From contig CAXNMF010000007.1 of NCBI GenBank assembly GCA_964203275.1, positions 84,405-148,404 on the forward strand: 64,000 bases of DNA, read 5' to 3'. The stretch is from Burkholderiales bacterium (GTDB taxonomy: Bacteria > Pseudomonadota > Gammaproteobacteria > Burkholderiales > SG8-41). The notes beneath the pieces are model-generated. The model searched no databases. It was not told the origin of the DNA and worked only from the letters and a program-made list of their open reading frames with translations. Shown here in pieces: positions 36,898 to 46,404 of this stretch (position 1 is its first letter; the number at the start of each line of letters is the position of its first letter). Made by a program: the position numbers and the translations under genes.

Positions 36898-37644
36898 GGC
36901 TCCCGTCCCCTGTTGTTTCCCGATCAGACATTGCACCAGCGCCTGTTGCTCCGCACTCAATGTCACGCTTTCATCTTCCTGCGCCCAGTGGCGCTTGAAC
37001 GCGGCGATGGCTGCGGGCAGGCGCGTCACGTCATAGCCCAGCGCGGCCAGCAAGGCTGCATCATCGGCACCCGCCGTAACCGGGTCGAAAGGCGGATCGC
37101 ACCACAATCCAAATCCCGCTGCCGCGAGGCGCCGCCACGGAAACAACGCGCTCGGATCAACCTTGCGACCGGGCGCCACATCGCCATGCCCGAGCACGTT
37201 CGCCGGCGGAATGCTCCAGCGCGTCGAAAGATCTCCCAGCAACTCGATCAGTACGCTGATCTGAACATCACTGAATGGCTCGCCGCCGTTGTTGTCGAGT
37301 TCAATCCCGATCGAAGAAGAATTCAGATCACGGTTGCCCCCCCAGTAAGAATCACCAGCATGCCATGCACGCTTCAGCTCATCGACCAGATAAACGATAC
37401 GGCCGTCGCGGCCGATCAGGTAATGCGCACTGACCTGCGTAAAGCGGCTGGTCAGTGTCGTGATTGCCTGCTCAGCGCTGTCATTGGTGGTGTGGTGAAG
37501 GATCACGTAGTTCGGCCGTCGCTCACCGAAATTGGGCGAAGGATTCACCTCAACCGGCAGCGCGGTGTAACGAGGCAGGGGCGCACACGCAGACAGCAGC
37601 ATCAACGCTGCCGCCACAAAACGTCTGGCCACCCCCTTTTGCAT
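36892..37644 (-). CDS. N-acetylmuramoyl-L-alanine amidase (Amidase_2, AmpD/AmiD type), probable lipoprotein
   Basis: Start at MQKGVARR after GGGGAGGA. Lipobox LLSAC; motifs ILHHTTNDS, VSAHYLIGRDG, AWHAG, SIGIELDNNG. Confidence 0.85.
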   Translation of the reverse strand: MQKGVARRFVAAALMLLSACAPLPRYTALPVEVNPSPNFGERRPNYVILHHTTNDSAEQAITTLTSRFTQVSAHYLIGRDGRIVYLVDELKRAWHAGDSYWGGNRDLNSSSIGIELDNNGGEPFSDVQISVLIELLGDLSTRWSIPPANVLGHGDVAPGRKVDPSALFPWRRLAAAGFGLWCDPPFDPVTAGADDAALLAALGYDVTRLPAAIAAFKRHWAQEDESVTLSAEQQALVQCLIGKQQGTGAN

Positions 37645-37740
37645 TGCCCGTCCTCCCCTTGCGCGCACTCTCAAGCGGTTAGACACCGCCATCTTTCTCC
37701 CACTGTACCACGCAGTCCGGCAATCGGTTACTCTCGGCAG

Positions 37741-38334
37741 ATGAATGCAGAAATAGCGAAATCAATTTCCCGCGATACCCTCAACGAACTGCCGGTGCAG
37801 CGTTACGAAGGCCCCATCCATTTCGTCGACACGCCCGCGCTGCTGCATGCCGCGCGCAACGACATTCTTGCCGAACGCGCGGTAGGCTTCGATACTGAAA
37901 CACGCCCCGCCTTCAGCAAGGGCGAGAGTTATCTGCCGAGCATTGTCCAGGTCGCCACGGCAACGGCTGTCCACATCTTCCCGCTGCGCTATGCCGACAC
38001 GCACAGCCTGCTCGCTGAAATGCTTTCCTCCCAAGGTATTGCCAAAATCGGCGTATCACTGGCCTACGACCTGCGCACCCTGAGGCAGGTGTTTGCGTTC
38101 CATGAACGCCACATCGTCGATCTCGGTTTCATCGCCAAACGTCACGGCTGCGAACAGACCGGCGTACGCAATCTGGCCGGATTATTCCTTGGCTACCGAG
38201 TGCCCAAGGGCGCAAAGACCACCAATTGGGCTGCACCGCGCCTTACCCAGGCGCAGATCGCCTATGCCGCAACCGACGCCTGGGTCTGCAGGGAGCTGTA
38301 TCTGCGCTTCGAATCCCTGGGCATGACGGCCTGA
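37741..38334 (+). CDS. 3'-5' exonuclease domain protein (RNase D / DnaQ-like)
   Basis: VGFDTETRP (ExoI), IAKIGVSLAYDL (ExoII-like) and YAATDAW (ExoIII). The long upstream ORF extension is antisense to the amidase gene. Confidence 0.8.
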   Translation: MNAEIAKSISRDTLNELPVQRYEGPIHFVDTPALLHAARNDILAERAVGFDTETRPAFSKGESYLPSIVQVATATAVHIFPLRYADTHSLLAEMLSSQGIAKIGVSLAYDLRTLRQVFAFHERHIVDLGFIAKRHGCEQTGVRNLAGLFLGYRVPKGAKTTNWAAPRLTQAQIAYAATDAWVCRELYLRFESLGMTA

Positions 38335-38369
38335 TTGCGACGGACACAAAGAACCGCCAAAATCCACAT

Positions 38370-39368
38370 ATGTCTGCCGCACCCCACCCCGCAGAAAATG
38401 CCGGCTGCGGATTCAATCGCACCCGACCCTTCACACGCGCAGCAGCGATTCTGTGTTCATTGGTATTGCTGATACTGGTCGGCAGTTGTGCGCAAATGCC
38501 GTCCACAGGCATCACCACCATCCGGTTTGCCGATGAAAAACAGCCCGACACCAAAGAGCTGCAAAGCGAGACCGTGCAAACCCAGGTGGTCGAACGCCGC
38601 CTCGGTGTCGATCAATTCAAGTTGCGCGGCCCCTTTGAGGTCAATACACGCAGCGGCGAGGTGATCCGCCTGTCCGCGAAGGAACGCATCCCTGCCGATT
38701 TCTATCTCTCAGCATTGGGGAACAATGCGCCGCTGGTGATCCTGCTCCACGGCTACAGCAACGGCAAGGCTGACCACGCCTATCAGGGCATGCACCTTGC
38801 GACCTGGGGCATCAACTGCGTTGTGCTGCAATTGCCGAACCGCGGCTCGTGGATCAGACACGGCAGAACCCTCGCCCGCATCGTCAGCCATATCCAGAAA
38901 CGCCCTGGGGAATTCGCAAACATCGATACCCGACGCATCATTCTGGTCGGTCATTCCTTTGGCGCCTCTTCGGTGGTTTACGCCCTGGGCCAGGGTGCAA
39001 ATGTCACCGGTGCGATACTGCTCGATCCGGCATCATTCGGCACCGGACTGCCCGCCGCGCTCGGGCGGGTCAATCGCCCCGTCACCGTCATCGGCGCCGA
39101 CGAAGAAGTCTTCCCGGCCCGGGGACGTGAACTGTTCTACCGGCATATCCGTGCAAACGTGGGTGAACTGTCGATCCGCAACGCAGGTCATGAAGATGCA
39201 CAGTTCAGACTCAGTGACGATGGCACCCGCGAAGAGCAACTGGCCTTCGTCAGCGCATTGACGGCCGCCGTCATCAGCCTCAGTTCGACCAGTCAATTCG
39301 ATTTTGCATGGCAAAGTTATGAGCCGGCGATCAGCAGCGGCCGGTTTTTCGACGTCAAGAGAAAATAA
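38370..39368 (+). CDS. Alpha/beta-hydrolase, probable lipoprotein
   Basis: Lipobox LVGSC, LVILLHGYS, nucleophile elbow VGHSFGAS, and a late GHED. Confidence 0.7.
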   Translation: MSAAPHPAENAGCGFNRTRPFTRAAAILCSLVLLILVGSCAQMPSTGITTIRFADEKQPDTKELQSETVQTQVVERRLGVDQFKLRGPFEVNTRSGEVIRLSAKERIPADFYLSALGNNAPLVILLHGYSNGKADHAYQGMHLATWGINCVVLQLPNRGSWIRHGRTLARIVSHIQKRPGEFANIDTRRIILVGHSFGASSVVYALGQGANVTGAILLDPASFGTGLPAALGRVNRPVTVIGADEEVFPARGRELFYRHIRANVGELSIRNAGHEDAQFRLSDDGTREEQLAFVSALTAAVISLSSTSQFDFAWQSYEPAISSGRFFDVKRK

Positions 39369-39410
39369 TTCCCTTTCAACATCTCACGCACGAATATCGC
39401 ACGCCCCATC

Positions 39411-40325
39411 ATGCCGATCTCGAACATCCGCCACCCGCTGGCCCTGATTGCAATCGCAGCACTGCTTGCACAACCTGCATTTGCGCAAACCAAAGACAGC
39501 ACCACGATTGAACTCGAGAAATCCCGCCAGCAAAGCATCTACCACGGCCGAGGCGAACTGCGGCCGGAGGGTTACACCATCGACCGCACGCTTGACACCT
39601 ACGGCGACGCCCTGGGCCCGACATTTGACCGTGCGCTCGCCAGCCTCGGCCCCCAGGATCGCTGGCTCGACATCGGTGCGGGACGCGGACAGGCGGTGCT
39701 CGACTATTTTTCGCTGTCCTACGACAAACTCAACGCAGAAGGCCGGGAACGTCGTGGAAAAAAAGCCAGCGCCGTCGCCATGTCAATCGAAGACCGGCGC
39801 ACCGAGGACTGGAAGCGCACCGCTGCGCGTCTGGAACCCAAGCAGTTGCAGTACCTGTTCAACAAACGCATGGGTGAATACACCGCCGAAGAACTCGGTC
39901 GCTTCCAGCTGGTTTCAGACGTCATCGGCGGCTTTTCCTATACCGACAATCTTCAGCGGTTCACGGAAAAGGTGCTGTCGATCATGTCGATCAACAGCAC
40001 CTTCCACACCGTCCTGCAGGACGTACGTTCGGAGCAAGGCGGCAACAAGCCGCATTATCCCGACTCACCATTCCTCACGCAAATCCGTGATGCCTCGGGC
40101 GCGGATATCGGTGTCTGCGCCTGGCTCAAGCAAATCAGCTGCGTCGAAGTCAGCTGCATGCACAACCCTTCATGGGTGCCACCGATTGAAACCTACCAGG
40201 TGCGCAAGATCTGTGAATCGGTAAAGGTACCGAAACTCGATACCATCAGCTATACCGCCGGCACGCCACCGGAGCGCGTGTTCAGGCTGAGCAATCCTTC
40301 GCAACAACCGCCGGCCAAGCCCTGA
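39411..40325 (+). CDS. Hypothetical exported protein with a class I SAM-methyltransferase-like glycine motif
   Basis: Signal peptide (..LLAQPAFAQ). WLDIGAGRGQAVLDY resembles methyltransferase motif I. The C-terminus is Cys-rich. Confidence 0.55.
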   Translation: MPISNIRHPLALIAIAALLAQPAFAQTKDSTTIELEKSRQQSIYHGRGELRPEGYTIDRTLDTYGDALGPTFDRALASLGPQDRWLDIGAGRGQAVLDYFSLSYDKLNAEGRERRGKKASAVAMSIEDRRTEDWKRTAARLEPKQLQYLFNKRMGEYTAEELGRFQLVSDVIGGFSYTDNLQRFTEKVLSIMSINSTFHTVLQDVRSEQGGNKPHYPDSPFLTQIRDASGADIGVCAWLKQISCVEVSCMHNPSWVPPIETYQVRKICESVKVPKLDTISYTAGTPPERVFRLSNPSQQPPAKP

Positions 40326-40378
40326 TCTTGACGTAACACAAGGACCGCGGCACTGCGACGCGTTACAGTTCCGCCGGC

Positions 40379-41602
40379 ATGAGCAACACCATCGAACACG
40401 CACCCCCGCAGCACGGCGACCGCGTCCTCACCGTCTCGCTGGTCATCCTCTGCCAGGTCGTACACGGCATCAGCTTCAGCGCAATGCCCTTGCTGCTGCC
40501 GCTGATCCGCGAAGACCTGCAAATATCATTCACGCAAGCCGGCCTGCTGTCGGCCGCAGCAACGTTCAGCTATGCGCTGGGCCAGATCCCGGCGGGTTTC
40601 CTGTCCGACCGTTATGGACCGCGCCGGCTGTTTTTCATCGGGCTTCTCGGCTGGTCCGTGTTCTCGGTCTTCCTCGGACTGATCCATGTGTTCTGGCTGG
40701 CAGTCATGACTCAACTGCTCGCCGGCGCCTTCCGCGCCCTGCTGTTCGCACCGGGCATGTCGCTGCTGGCCTCATGGTTCCCGGCTGAACGACGCGCCAC
40801 GGCAATGAGCCTCTACATGCTCGGCGGCTTCGCCGGCACCATCGTGCTGTCGCTCGGCGGACCGCTGCTCAGCGCCGCCTACGGTTGGCGCGCGGCTTTC
40901 ATGATGATGGCCGCGATCGGCATTGTTGCCGCTTTTATTTACCGGCGTTTCGCCCGCGAAAAACCGCGCAACACAGCCGCACAACAACTCACCGTCGCCG
41001 ACGTTACCCGCTTGTTCAGTCACCCGATCATGTGGGTGTGCAGCGGCCTGCAGTTCGTGCGTTTTGCCGTCGTCACGGCGTACATGGTCTGGCTGCCGTC
41101 ACTGCTGGTCGTCGACCGCGGGCTGAGCGTGCAGTACGCCGGCTTCATTGTTGCGATGGCCGCCGCTTTCACCGCACCGTCCAACACGCTGGGCGGTTAC
41201 GTCTCCGACCGGCTGCGCAACCCGCCGCTGGTCATCGGCGGCGCGCTCGCCGTGCTGGCCTGCACAGCGGCACTGCTGCCGTTCACACACTCATTGCCGC
41301 TGCTGTTGCTGCTGATCGCGGTGAACTCGATATTCCTGCAGTTTTATTTCGGGCCGCTGTTTCTGGTGCCGGTGGAGGTACTGGGCCCGCGCATTGCCGG
41401 CACAGCCACCGGCTTCAGCAACTTGTTCGCCAATATCGGCGGTTTTCTGACCGCCTGGGCAATGGGCGCAATCAAAGACCAGTCCGGCTCATTCACTGCC
41501 GGCTTTATCAGCATCAGCGTGATCTGCATGGTCGGGGTTGCATTAGCCATGGTGCTGGCACGCATGCGCGCACAGGCACTCAGCCACCACACCCACAGCT
41601 GA
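40379..41602 (+). CDS. MFS transporter
   Basis: 407 aa with 12 predicted helices and GQIPAGFLSDRYGPRR (MFS loop 2-3 motif). Confidence 0.85.
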   Translation: MSNTIEHAPPQHGDRVLTVSLVILCQVVHGISFSAMPLLLPLIREDLQISFTQAGLLSAAATFSYALGQIPAGFLSDRYGPRRLFFIGLLGWSVFSVFLGLIHVFWLAVMTQLLAGAFRALLFAPGMSLLASWFPAERRATAMSLYMLGGFAGTIVLSLGGPLLSAAYGWRAAFMMMAAIGIVAAFIYRRFAREKPRNTAAQQLTVADVTRLFSHPIMWVCSGLQFVRFAVVTAYMVWLPSLLVVDRGLSVQYAGFIVAMAAAFTAPSNTLGGYVSDRLRNPPLVIGGALAVLACTAALLPFTHSLPLLLLLIAVNSIFLQFYFGPLFLVPVEVLGPRIAGTATGFSNLFANIGGFLTAWAMGAIKDQSGSFTAGFISISVICMVGVALAMVLARMRAQALSHHTHS

Positions 41603-41604
41603 AA

Positions 41605-42012
41605 TCAGGTGTCGGGCTTTTCGCGCGAAGCCCAGTACGCCGCCTTCCGCGGAAATATCCAGCGCACGCCGCCACGCGGATCAGTCGCGTCGCCACGGTA
41701 TCGGGGGATCAGATGCATGTGTGCATGCATGACCGTCTGTCCGGCGGCAACCCCGTTGTTGAGCCCGATGTTGTAACCATCGGGCGCGTATTCCCGCTCC
41801 AGCCCCGCCCTGATGTCACCGAGCAGCGCAAGCATCGCCGCATGCTCCTCCGCCGTACAGTCAAAGAACGACACCACATGCCGGCGCGGGATCACCAGAC
41901 TGTGCCCCCTGCTCAGCGGCGAACGATCGCGAAACGCCAGCGCCAGCGGATGTTCAGCAACAATCTGCGCGGGCGACAGACTGCAGAATGGACAGGGCTG
42001 CGCGGCGCTCAT
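41605..42012 (-). CDS. HIT-family (histidine triad) protein
   Basis: CPFC..., GHSLVIPRRH, and the triad HAHMHLIPR. Confidence 0.85.
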   Translation of the reverse strand: MSAAQPCPFCSLSPAQIVAEHPLALAFRDRSPLSRGHSLVIPRRHVVSFFDCTAEEHAAMLALLGDIRAGLEREYAPDGYNIGLNNGVAAGQTVMHAHMHLIPRYRGDATDPRGGVRWIFPRKAAYWASREKPDT

Positions 42013-42065
42013 CGGCAGAATGATTCAACCAATCCCGCATGACCAGCGGCATTCCTCACAGGGAC

Positions 42066-43061
42066 TTATTCCTTCGGAATCTTTGCCGCCGTAATCACTT
42101 TTCCCCAGCTCGCGATTTCGGTTTTGATCTGCGCAAGGAACTCCTGGGGTGTATTGCCCTCGGGTTCAATACCCAGCACCGTGAGGCGTTCTGCGATGTC
42201 CGGCTTGCGTGTCATCGCGGCCAGCTCGCGATGCAAGCGGCTGATGATCGCCGGCGGCGTTCCCTTGGGCGCATGCAGGCCATACCATGACAACACTTCA
42301 TAACCCGGAACCGTCTCGGCAATCGTCGGCAGATCCGGCGCGGAAGCAATGCGCTTTGTGCCGGTAACCCCCAGCGCGCGCAGCTTGCCGGCCTTGATAT
42401 GCGGAAACGCCGAGGAATACGCGCTGATCAACATCTGCACCTGACCGGCGATCAAATCAGTCAGTGCGGGACCCGCGCCCTTATAAGCGATATGCACGAT
42501 ATCGATTCCGGCGAGAAACTTGAACTGCTCTCCGGCCAGATGCGCCGTAGACCCGGATCCCGCAGAGGCAAAGTTGATCGACCCGGGTTTGGCTTTCGCC
42601 AGTGCGATCAGTTCCTTCACCGATTTTGCCGCTACTGAGGGATGAACCACCAGCGCCAGCTGACTCGAACCGACACGGCTGATCGGAATGATGTCACGGG
42701 TCGGGTCATAGGACAGCTTCAGGCGCAGGTTCGGAGCGATCACGATCTCGCCGCCAGCCGACATCAACAGCGTGTAGCCATCCGGCGCCGCCTGCGTCAA
42801 CAATCCGACAGCCAGCGTGCCGCCGGCACCACCGCGATTGTCGACAATGAACTGCTGACCCAAAGCCTCCGAAAGATGCGGTGCGGTCAATCGCGCCGTC
42901 AGATCGCTGGGACCGCCCGGCGGATAACTCACCAGCATGCGCACCGGACGTGTCGGATATTTCATCTCCGCGGCCTGCGCCACGGCAGGCGCCATCAGAG
43001 TCAGCGCCGCCAGAAGCACCATTGCCGGCCTGCGCATTGCCAAGTTCATCGTCATGTTCAT
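42066..43061 (-). CDS. Bug/TctC-family substrate-binding protein
   Basis: Signal peptide, YPTRPVRMLVSYPPGGPSDLTAR and HIAYKGAGP. The start is ambiguous among clustered Met codons. Confidence 0.9.
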   Translation of the reverse strand: MNMTMNLAMRRPAMVLLAALTLMAPAVAQAAEMKYPTRPVRMLVSYPPGGPSDLTARLTAPHLSEALGQQFIVDNRGGAGGTLAVGLLTQAAPDGYTLLMSAGGEIVIAPNLRLKLSYDPTRDIIPISRVGSSQLALVVHPSVAAKSVKELIALAKAKPGSINFASAGSGSTAHLAGEQFKFLAGIDIVHIAYKGAGPALTDLIAGQVQMLISAYSSAFPHIKAGKLRALGVTGTKRIASAPDLPTIAETVPGYEVLSWYGLHAPKGTPPAIISRLHRELAAMTRKPDIAERLTVLGIEPEGNTPQEFLAQIKTEIASWGKVITAAKIPKE

Positions 43062-43288
43062 TCCTAATGCTCCGAGTCGTGGCGGCATGCCCGCCGATGC
43101 TGGATATTAGCGCAGACCTCGCCGGATTCCTTGCCTTGCCGTCATCCCGGTCAAACGCAACAAGTCCGGTGATCCCTGCTCACCGCCACTGACAGTCCGG
43201 ATCGCGGCAACTGCCGGAATGGCCGCTGGAATTTGCGGTAAAGTCAGGAAAACAAAAACGCTCAGCGTCACCATCCCGGAGGAGTTCC

Positions 43289-45451
43289 ATGCATACCTGT
43301 CGCCCAACCGCTGGCCGAATCGCCTGCGCGCTTGCTGCTGCCTTGTTGTTCGCCGCACCGGTGCAAGCCCGTGTAACAAAAATTGTCATCGACCAGACCG
43401 TATCGCCCGCCTTCTGCAAAAGTGAGGTATGCGCGAGCTACGGTGCCGCAGGCCAGTACGAACAGATCGCCGGACGCGCCTATGGTGAACTCGATCCGAA
43501 CGATCCGCTGAACAGCCTGATCCAGGACATCCAGCTCGCCAAAGACGCCGACGGCAAGGTGCGCTACATCGCCACCTTTGTCATCACCCGCCCTGTCGAC
43601 CCCGCTAAATCCAGCGGCATGCTCTGGCACGAAGTGCGCAATCGCGGGCGCCCGGTGCTGCTCTCCACACAGGAACGCGAATTCGGCGACATCGGCCTCG
43701 CCACTGCATGGCAGGGCGACAATGCCGGCATGAGCGCCACTCTCGGCACGACCGTACGCCCGACAATGACGACCGGCGGCAACCACTGGCTACAATTGCC
43801 CGTAGTCAAGAACTCCGACGGTTCGCCGGTCACCGGCCCGGTGTTCGCGCGCATCATCAACCGCGGCGGCCCTGCAGCACAGCCATTGATCGTACAAACC
43901 AACCCGGTGCCTTACATGCCGGCTACACTCGACACGACCCAAGCGAAACTGGTCTCGCGCGACCACGAAACGCTCGACGGCAAGGTCAAAGGCGAAACAA
44001 CGATCGCAGCGGAGAATTGGAAGTTCTGCGGCGGCGGCACTTTCGACGACCCGGTGCCGCTGACCAAACTCCCTGTGCAAATCTGTCTGAAGGGCGGCTT
44101 CAATGTGGCGAAGCTGTATCAGGTGGTCTATACCGCCCGCGATCCGTATCCGCTCGGTATCGGCTTTGCCGCATGGCGCGACCTCGGTGCGTTTTTCAAA
44201 TATGCAAAACAGGACGACACCGGAACAGCAAATCCTATCGCCGGCAAAATCACCCACAGTATTGCCCGCGGCCGCTCGCAATCCGGCAATTACCTGCGCG
44301 GCTGGCTGCACCTCGGCTTCAACCAGGTCGAAGACAAACAGATCGCAACGGCGCGCCAGTTGCACGATGGCATGTGGCCGGTGATCGCCGGACGACGCAT
44401 CGCACTCAACTTCCGCTGGGCGCAGCCGGACTGCGTACTTGAACTGTACCAGGCCGGAAGCGAAGGCCCGCAGTGGTGGCAACCTTACCCTGACCATGCA
44501 CGAAAGCTGCCGGCGCGCAGCATCCAGGATCGCTGCATGGCGTCGAAAACCTGCCCGAAAATCATCGAACACTTCGGCGCTGCCGAAATCTGGGCGCTGA
44601 AACTGGGACCTGAATGGGTCGGCACCGATCCGAAAGAAGACATTCCCCTGCCCGACAACGTACGCCGCTATTACGTCGCCAGCAGCAGCCATGGCGGTGG
44701 GCGCGGCGGCTTTAGTGCAAGTCTTGCCGAATTCCACCAATCCGCAAAACCGGTGCGATGTCCCGGCAACAACTGGGGCAACGGCATATTACCCGCCAAT
44801 CCGCTGTCGCATGACGAACCATGGCGCGCCATCACTGTGCATTTCCGCAACTGGGTGATGAACAATACGGCACCACCGCCCAGCCGTTATCCGACGCTGC
44901 GCGAAGGCCAACTCGTTGCGCCGAACAAAGCCGCCATGGGATTTCCGACGCTGCCCGGCCTGCGCGCCACCGCACCCGAAGCCGACTTGATCAACCCTTT
45001 GCTTGATTACGACTGGGGCCCGCAATTCGACCCGAACGATGCATCGGGCATCCCGACCAACGCGCCGCCGAAAATCAGGCAAGTGCTGAAAATGCTGGTG
45101 CCAAAAGTGAATGCCGACGGCAACGAAGTCGGTGGTATCCCGGTGCTGCTGCTGGAAGTACCGCTGGGCACTTATCTCGGCTGGAACATCACCGCCGGTG
45201 GTGCGCTCCCCTTCCATGAAGGCCAGCTGTGCAATTACGCCGGCGGCATGCTGCCCTTCGCGAAAACAAGGGCTGAGCGTGAAGCCAACAACGATCCGCG
45301 TCCCTCGCTTGAAGAGCGCTACGGCAGCCACGCCGGTTTCGTCGAAGCCGTGCGCAAGGCCACTGACAAAGTTAAGGCTGCAGGATTCCTGCTGGAAAAA
45401 GACGCCGCGGCGCTGATCAAGGCCGCGGAAGCGAGCAACGTACTAAAGTGA
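43289..45451 (+). CDS. Large secreted protein of unknown function (possibly with an alpha/beta-hydrolase-like domain)
   Basis: 720 aa. GGAGGAG precedes the ATG. Signal peptide ..LLFAAPVQA. The N-terminal block VTKIVIDQTVSPAF...YEQIAGRAYGELDP recalls a conserved uncharacterised family; this comes from memory only. Confidence 0.65.
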   Translation: MHTCRPTAGRIACALAAALLFAAPVQARVTKIVIDQTVSPAFCKSEVCASYGAAGQYEQIAGRAYGELDPNDPLNSLIQDIQLAKDADGKVRYIATFVITRPVDPAKSSGMLWHEVRNRGRPVLLSTQEREFGDIGLATAWQGDNAGMSATLGTTVRPTMTTGGNHWLQLPVVKNSDGSPVTGPVFARIINRGGPAAQPLIVQTNPVPYMPATLDTTQAKLVSRDHETLDGKVKGETTIAAENWKFCGGGTFDDPVPLTKLPVQICLKGGFNVAKLYQVVYTARDPYPLGIGFAAWRDLGAFFKYAKQDDTGTANPIAGKITHSIARGRSQSGNYLRGWLHLGFNQVEDKQIATARQLHDGMWPVIAGRRIALNFRWAQPDCVLELYQAGSEGPQWWQPYPDHARKLPARSIQDRCMASKTCPKIIEHFGAAEIWALKLGPEWVGTDPKEDIPLPDNVRRYYVASSSHGGGRGGFSASLAEFHQSAKPVRCPGNNWGNGILPANPLSHDEPWRAITVHFRNWVMNNTAPPPSRYPTLREGQLVAPNKAAMGFPTLPGLRATAPEADLINPLLDYDWGPQFDPNDASGIPTNAPPKIRQVLKMLVPKVNADGNEVGGIPVLLLEVPLGTYLGWNITAGGALPFHEGQLCNYAGGMLPFAKTRAEREANNDPRPSLEERYGSHAGFVEAVRKATDKVKAAGFLLEKDAAALIKAAEASNVLK

Positions 45452-45474
45452 GGTAATTACTCCGGACTGCCGCG

Positions 45475-46155
45475 CTATTGCGGCGTCGCATCGAGACCGC
45501 GGATCATCATGCGCAGGCGCTCGCCGGTAATCAGTTCGATGGCAATACGGTTTTGCTCGACAAAACGGCGCGCCTCGTCGGTAAATGTTCCGGAGGTCAC
45601 CACAAAAATTCCCGCTGCACCTTCGGCCTCGGCGATCCGGCAAAGGTCGCGGACAACGGCAACACCAACGCGCTGAACGCGCCAGTGTTTGCATTGCACA
45701 AGGTACCGGTCCTCGCCAATGCTTGCGACCAGATCAACGCCGCCCTCCGGCAGACGGCCGCTGCGTTGCTCAACGGTGAAACCCTTGCGCCGGAAAAATT
45801 CACCGACCAGTTTTTCGAATTCACGCCACGACAGGTGCTGCAGCAGGAAGCGTCCGCGTTCCGAGCCCATGTCGTTGTAATTTTTGTCGTATTTGTAATG
45901 CAGCCATGCGGAAAGCACGGCAGCGGCCAGAAACATTGCCGGCAACAGATACTGGCCCGCAGTGGCCAGGCCGCGCAGCACCGGAACCGCCACGATCAGT
46001 GAGGACTCGGCCGGTGCCGCCTCGGGCAGCGCATGACTGGCAACGCCGTACATCACCAACCACGACAGCAGCGCAGCGACGACACCCGCCCACCAGGGCA
46101 ACTGTTCGGCAAGCTCTACAACATCCTCAACCGGATTGCTTCTGCGACGCGACAT
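45475..46155 (-). CDS. Membrane-anchored Mrr-like restriction endonuclease domain protein
   Basis: Start at MSRRRSNP after GGGGAGAG. Two or three N-terminal TM helices, then an Mrr_cat-like core (LSWREFEKLVGEFFRRKGF...GGVDLVA...YLVQCKHW...VVTSGTFT). Confidence 0.75.
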   Translation of the reverse strand: MSRRRSNPVEDVVELAEQLPWWAGVVAALLSWLVMYGVASHALPEAAPAESSLIVAVPVLRGLATAGQYLLPAMFLAAAVLSAWLHYKYDKNYNDMGSERGRFLLQHLSWREFEKLVGEFFRRKGFTVEQRSGRLPEGGVDLVASIGEDRYLVQCKHWRVQRVGVAVVRDLCRIAEAEGAAGIFVVTSGTFTDEARRFVEQNRIAIELITGERLRMMIRGLDATPQ

Positions 46156-46404
46156 GTGACTCTCCCCTGACGCGCAATTCTGTGGGGAACTCAGCCGGTA
46201 CACCAGCGTAATACTGCACACTCAGCGATGTTGCCGGTATCCAGCTCATCCTGCACGTCACGCGCAGCCGGCGCAGAAGCATCAGCCATGGTTATGCCCG
46301 ACTCCCGCACACGCACGCCTGCCGGGCTTTGCCGGCATCCACCAATTCACATCCGGTGAACCGCATGCAAGCGCTGCGACGCACTGGCGCGCACAGCGAG
46401 ACAA

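Noticed and set aside
36913-38334. A 473-aa ORF upstream of, and continuous with, the exonuclease gene.
   Set aside because: The N-terminal ~276 residues are antisense to the AmiD-like gene. The exonuclease motifs start after the ATG at 37741.
46191-46289. A 32-codon minus-strand ORF (MADASAPAARDVQDELDTGNIAECAVLRWCTG) upstream of the Mrr-like gene.
   Set aside because: Its GGGAG is 12 nt from the ATG, it has no recognisable features, and there is no way to test conservation here. It is too weak to call.
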